The notes under the pieces are model-generated. The model worked only from the letters and a program-made list of their open reading frames with translations. It ran no database searches and was not told the origin of the DNA. From Silvanigrellaceae bacterium (GTDB taxonomy: Bacteria; Bdellovibrionota_B; Oligoflexia; Silvanigrellales; Silvanigrellaceae), in the NCBI GenBank assembly GCA_049423385.1, contig JBMSQQ010000083.1, positions 1 to 15,190 of the forward strand: a stretch of DNA of 15,190 nucleotides, written 5' to 3'. Of this stretch, positions 15,111-15,190 are shown piece by piece. Every line of letters begins with the position of its first letter. The first letter of the stretch is position 1. Position numbers and translations under genes: made by a program.

Positions 15111-15190
15111 TTGAAAAAGTCCGGGAACAACGGAACTCGCAGAACTCTTGTCATGGGGATTGACGGCTGCAAGGCGGGCTGGATCTGTTT
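15111..15190 (+). CDS. DUF429-family (predicted RNase H-like nuclease) protein, 3'-truncated by window edge
   Basis: Open frame TTG 15111 (GGAG upstream) or ATG 15153 reads ...LVMGIDGCKAGWIC, matching the G(I/V)DGC(K/R)xGW N-terminal signature of DUF429 proteins. Too short to appear in the ORF track. Confidence 0.7.
   Translation, partial: MKKSGNNGTRRTLVMGIDGCKAGWIC

Noticed and set aside
1..15190. CRISPR array, prophage, defence island, tRNA/rRNA
   Set aside because: No spaced repeats, mobile or phage genes, RNA-gene signatures or obvious compositional break were seen.

Overview
Ordinary-looking, gene-dense bacterial chromosome segment. GC appears moderate and uniform, and I see no integrase, transposase, CRISPR array, tRNA or rRNA. 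The many orphan lipoproteins, the secreted S1 protease and the FliA-like promoters suggest Bdellovibrionota/Oligoflexia (inference only). Gene order: partial otsB and marR (+); then a minus-strand block of tandem SRPBCC protein, S1 protease, HEXXH lipoprotein, LpqC/PHB-depolymerase-like esterase, YceI, RhlE-like and DbpA-like DEAD-box helicases and an acid-phosphatase-like metallophosphoesterase; then a plus-strand block of orphan lipoprotein, CorA, TlpA, a secreted CXXCH protein, two orphan lipoproteins and the first codons of a DUF429-like gene missing from the ORF track. No complete novel system is provable from this window. The best leads are a switch-like structured leader upstream of corA, a possible H-type pseudoknot abutting the rhlE RBS, a temptin-like heme-c protein beside TlpA, an orphan gluzincin-like lipoprotein, a shared post-lipobox motif, and two FliA-like promoters on lipoprotein genes.
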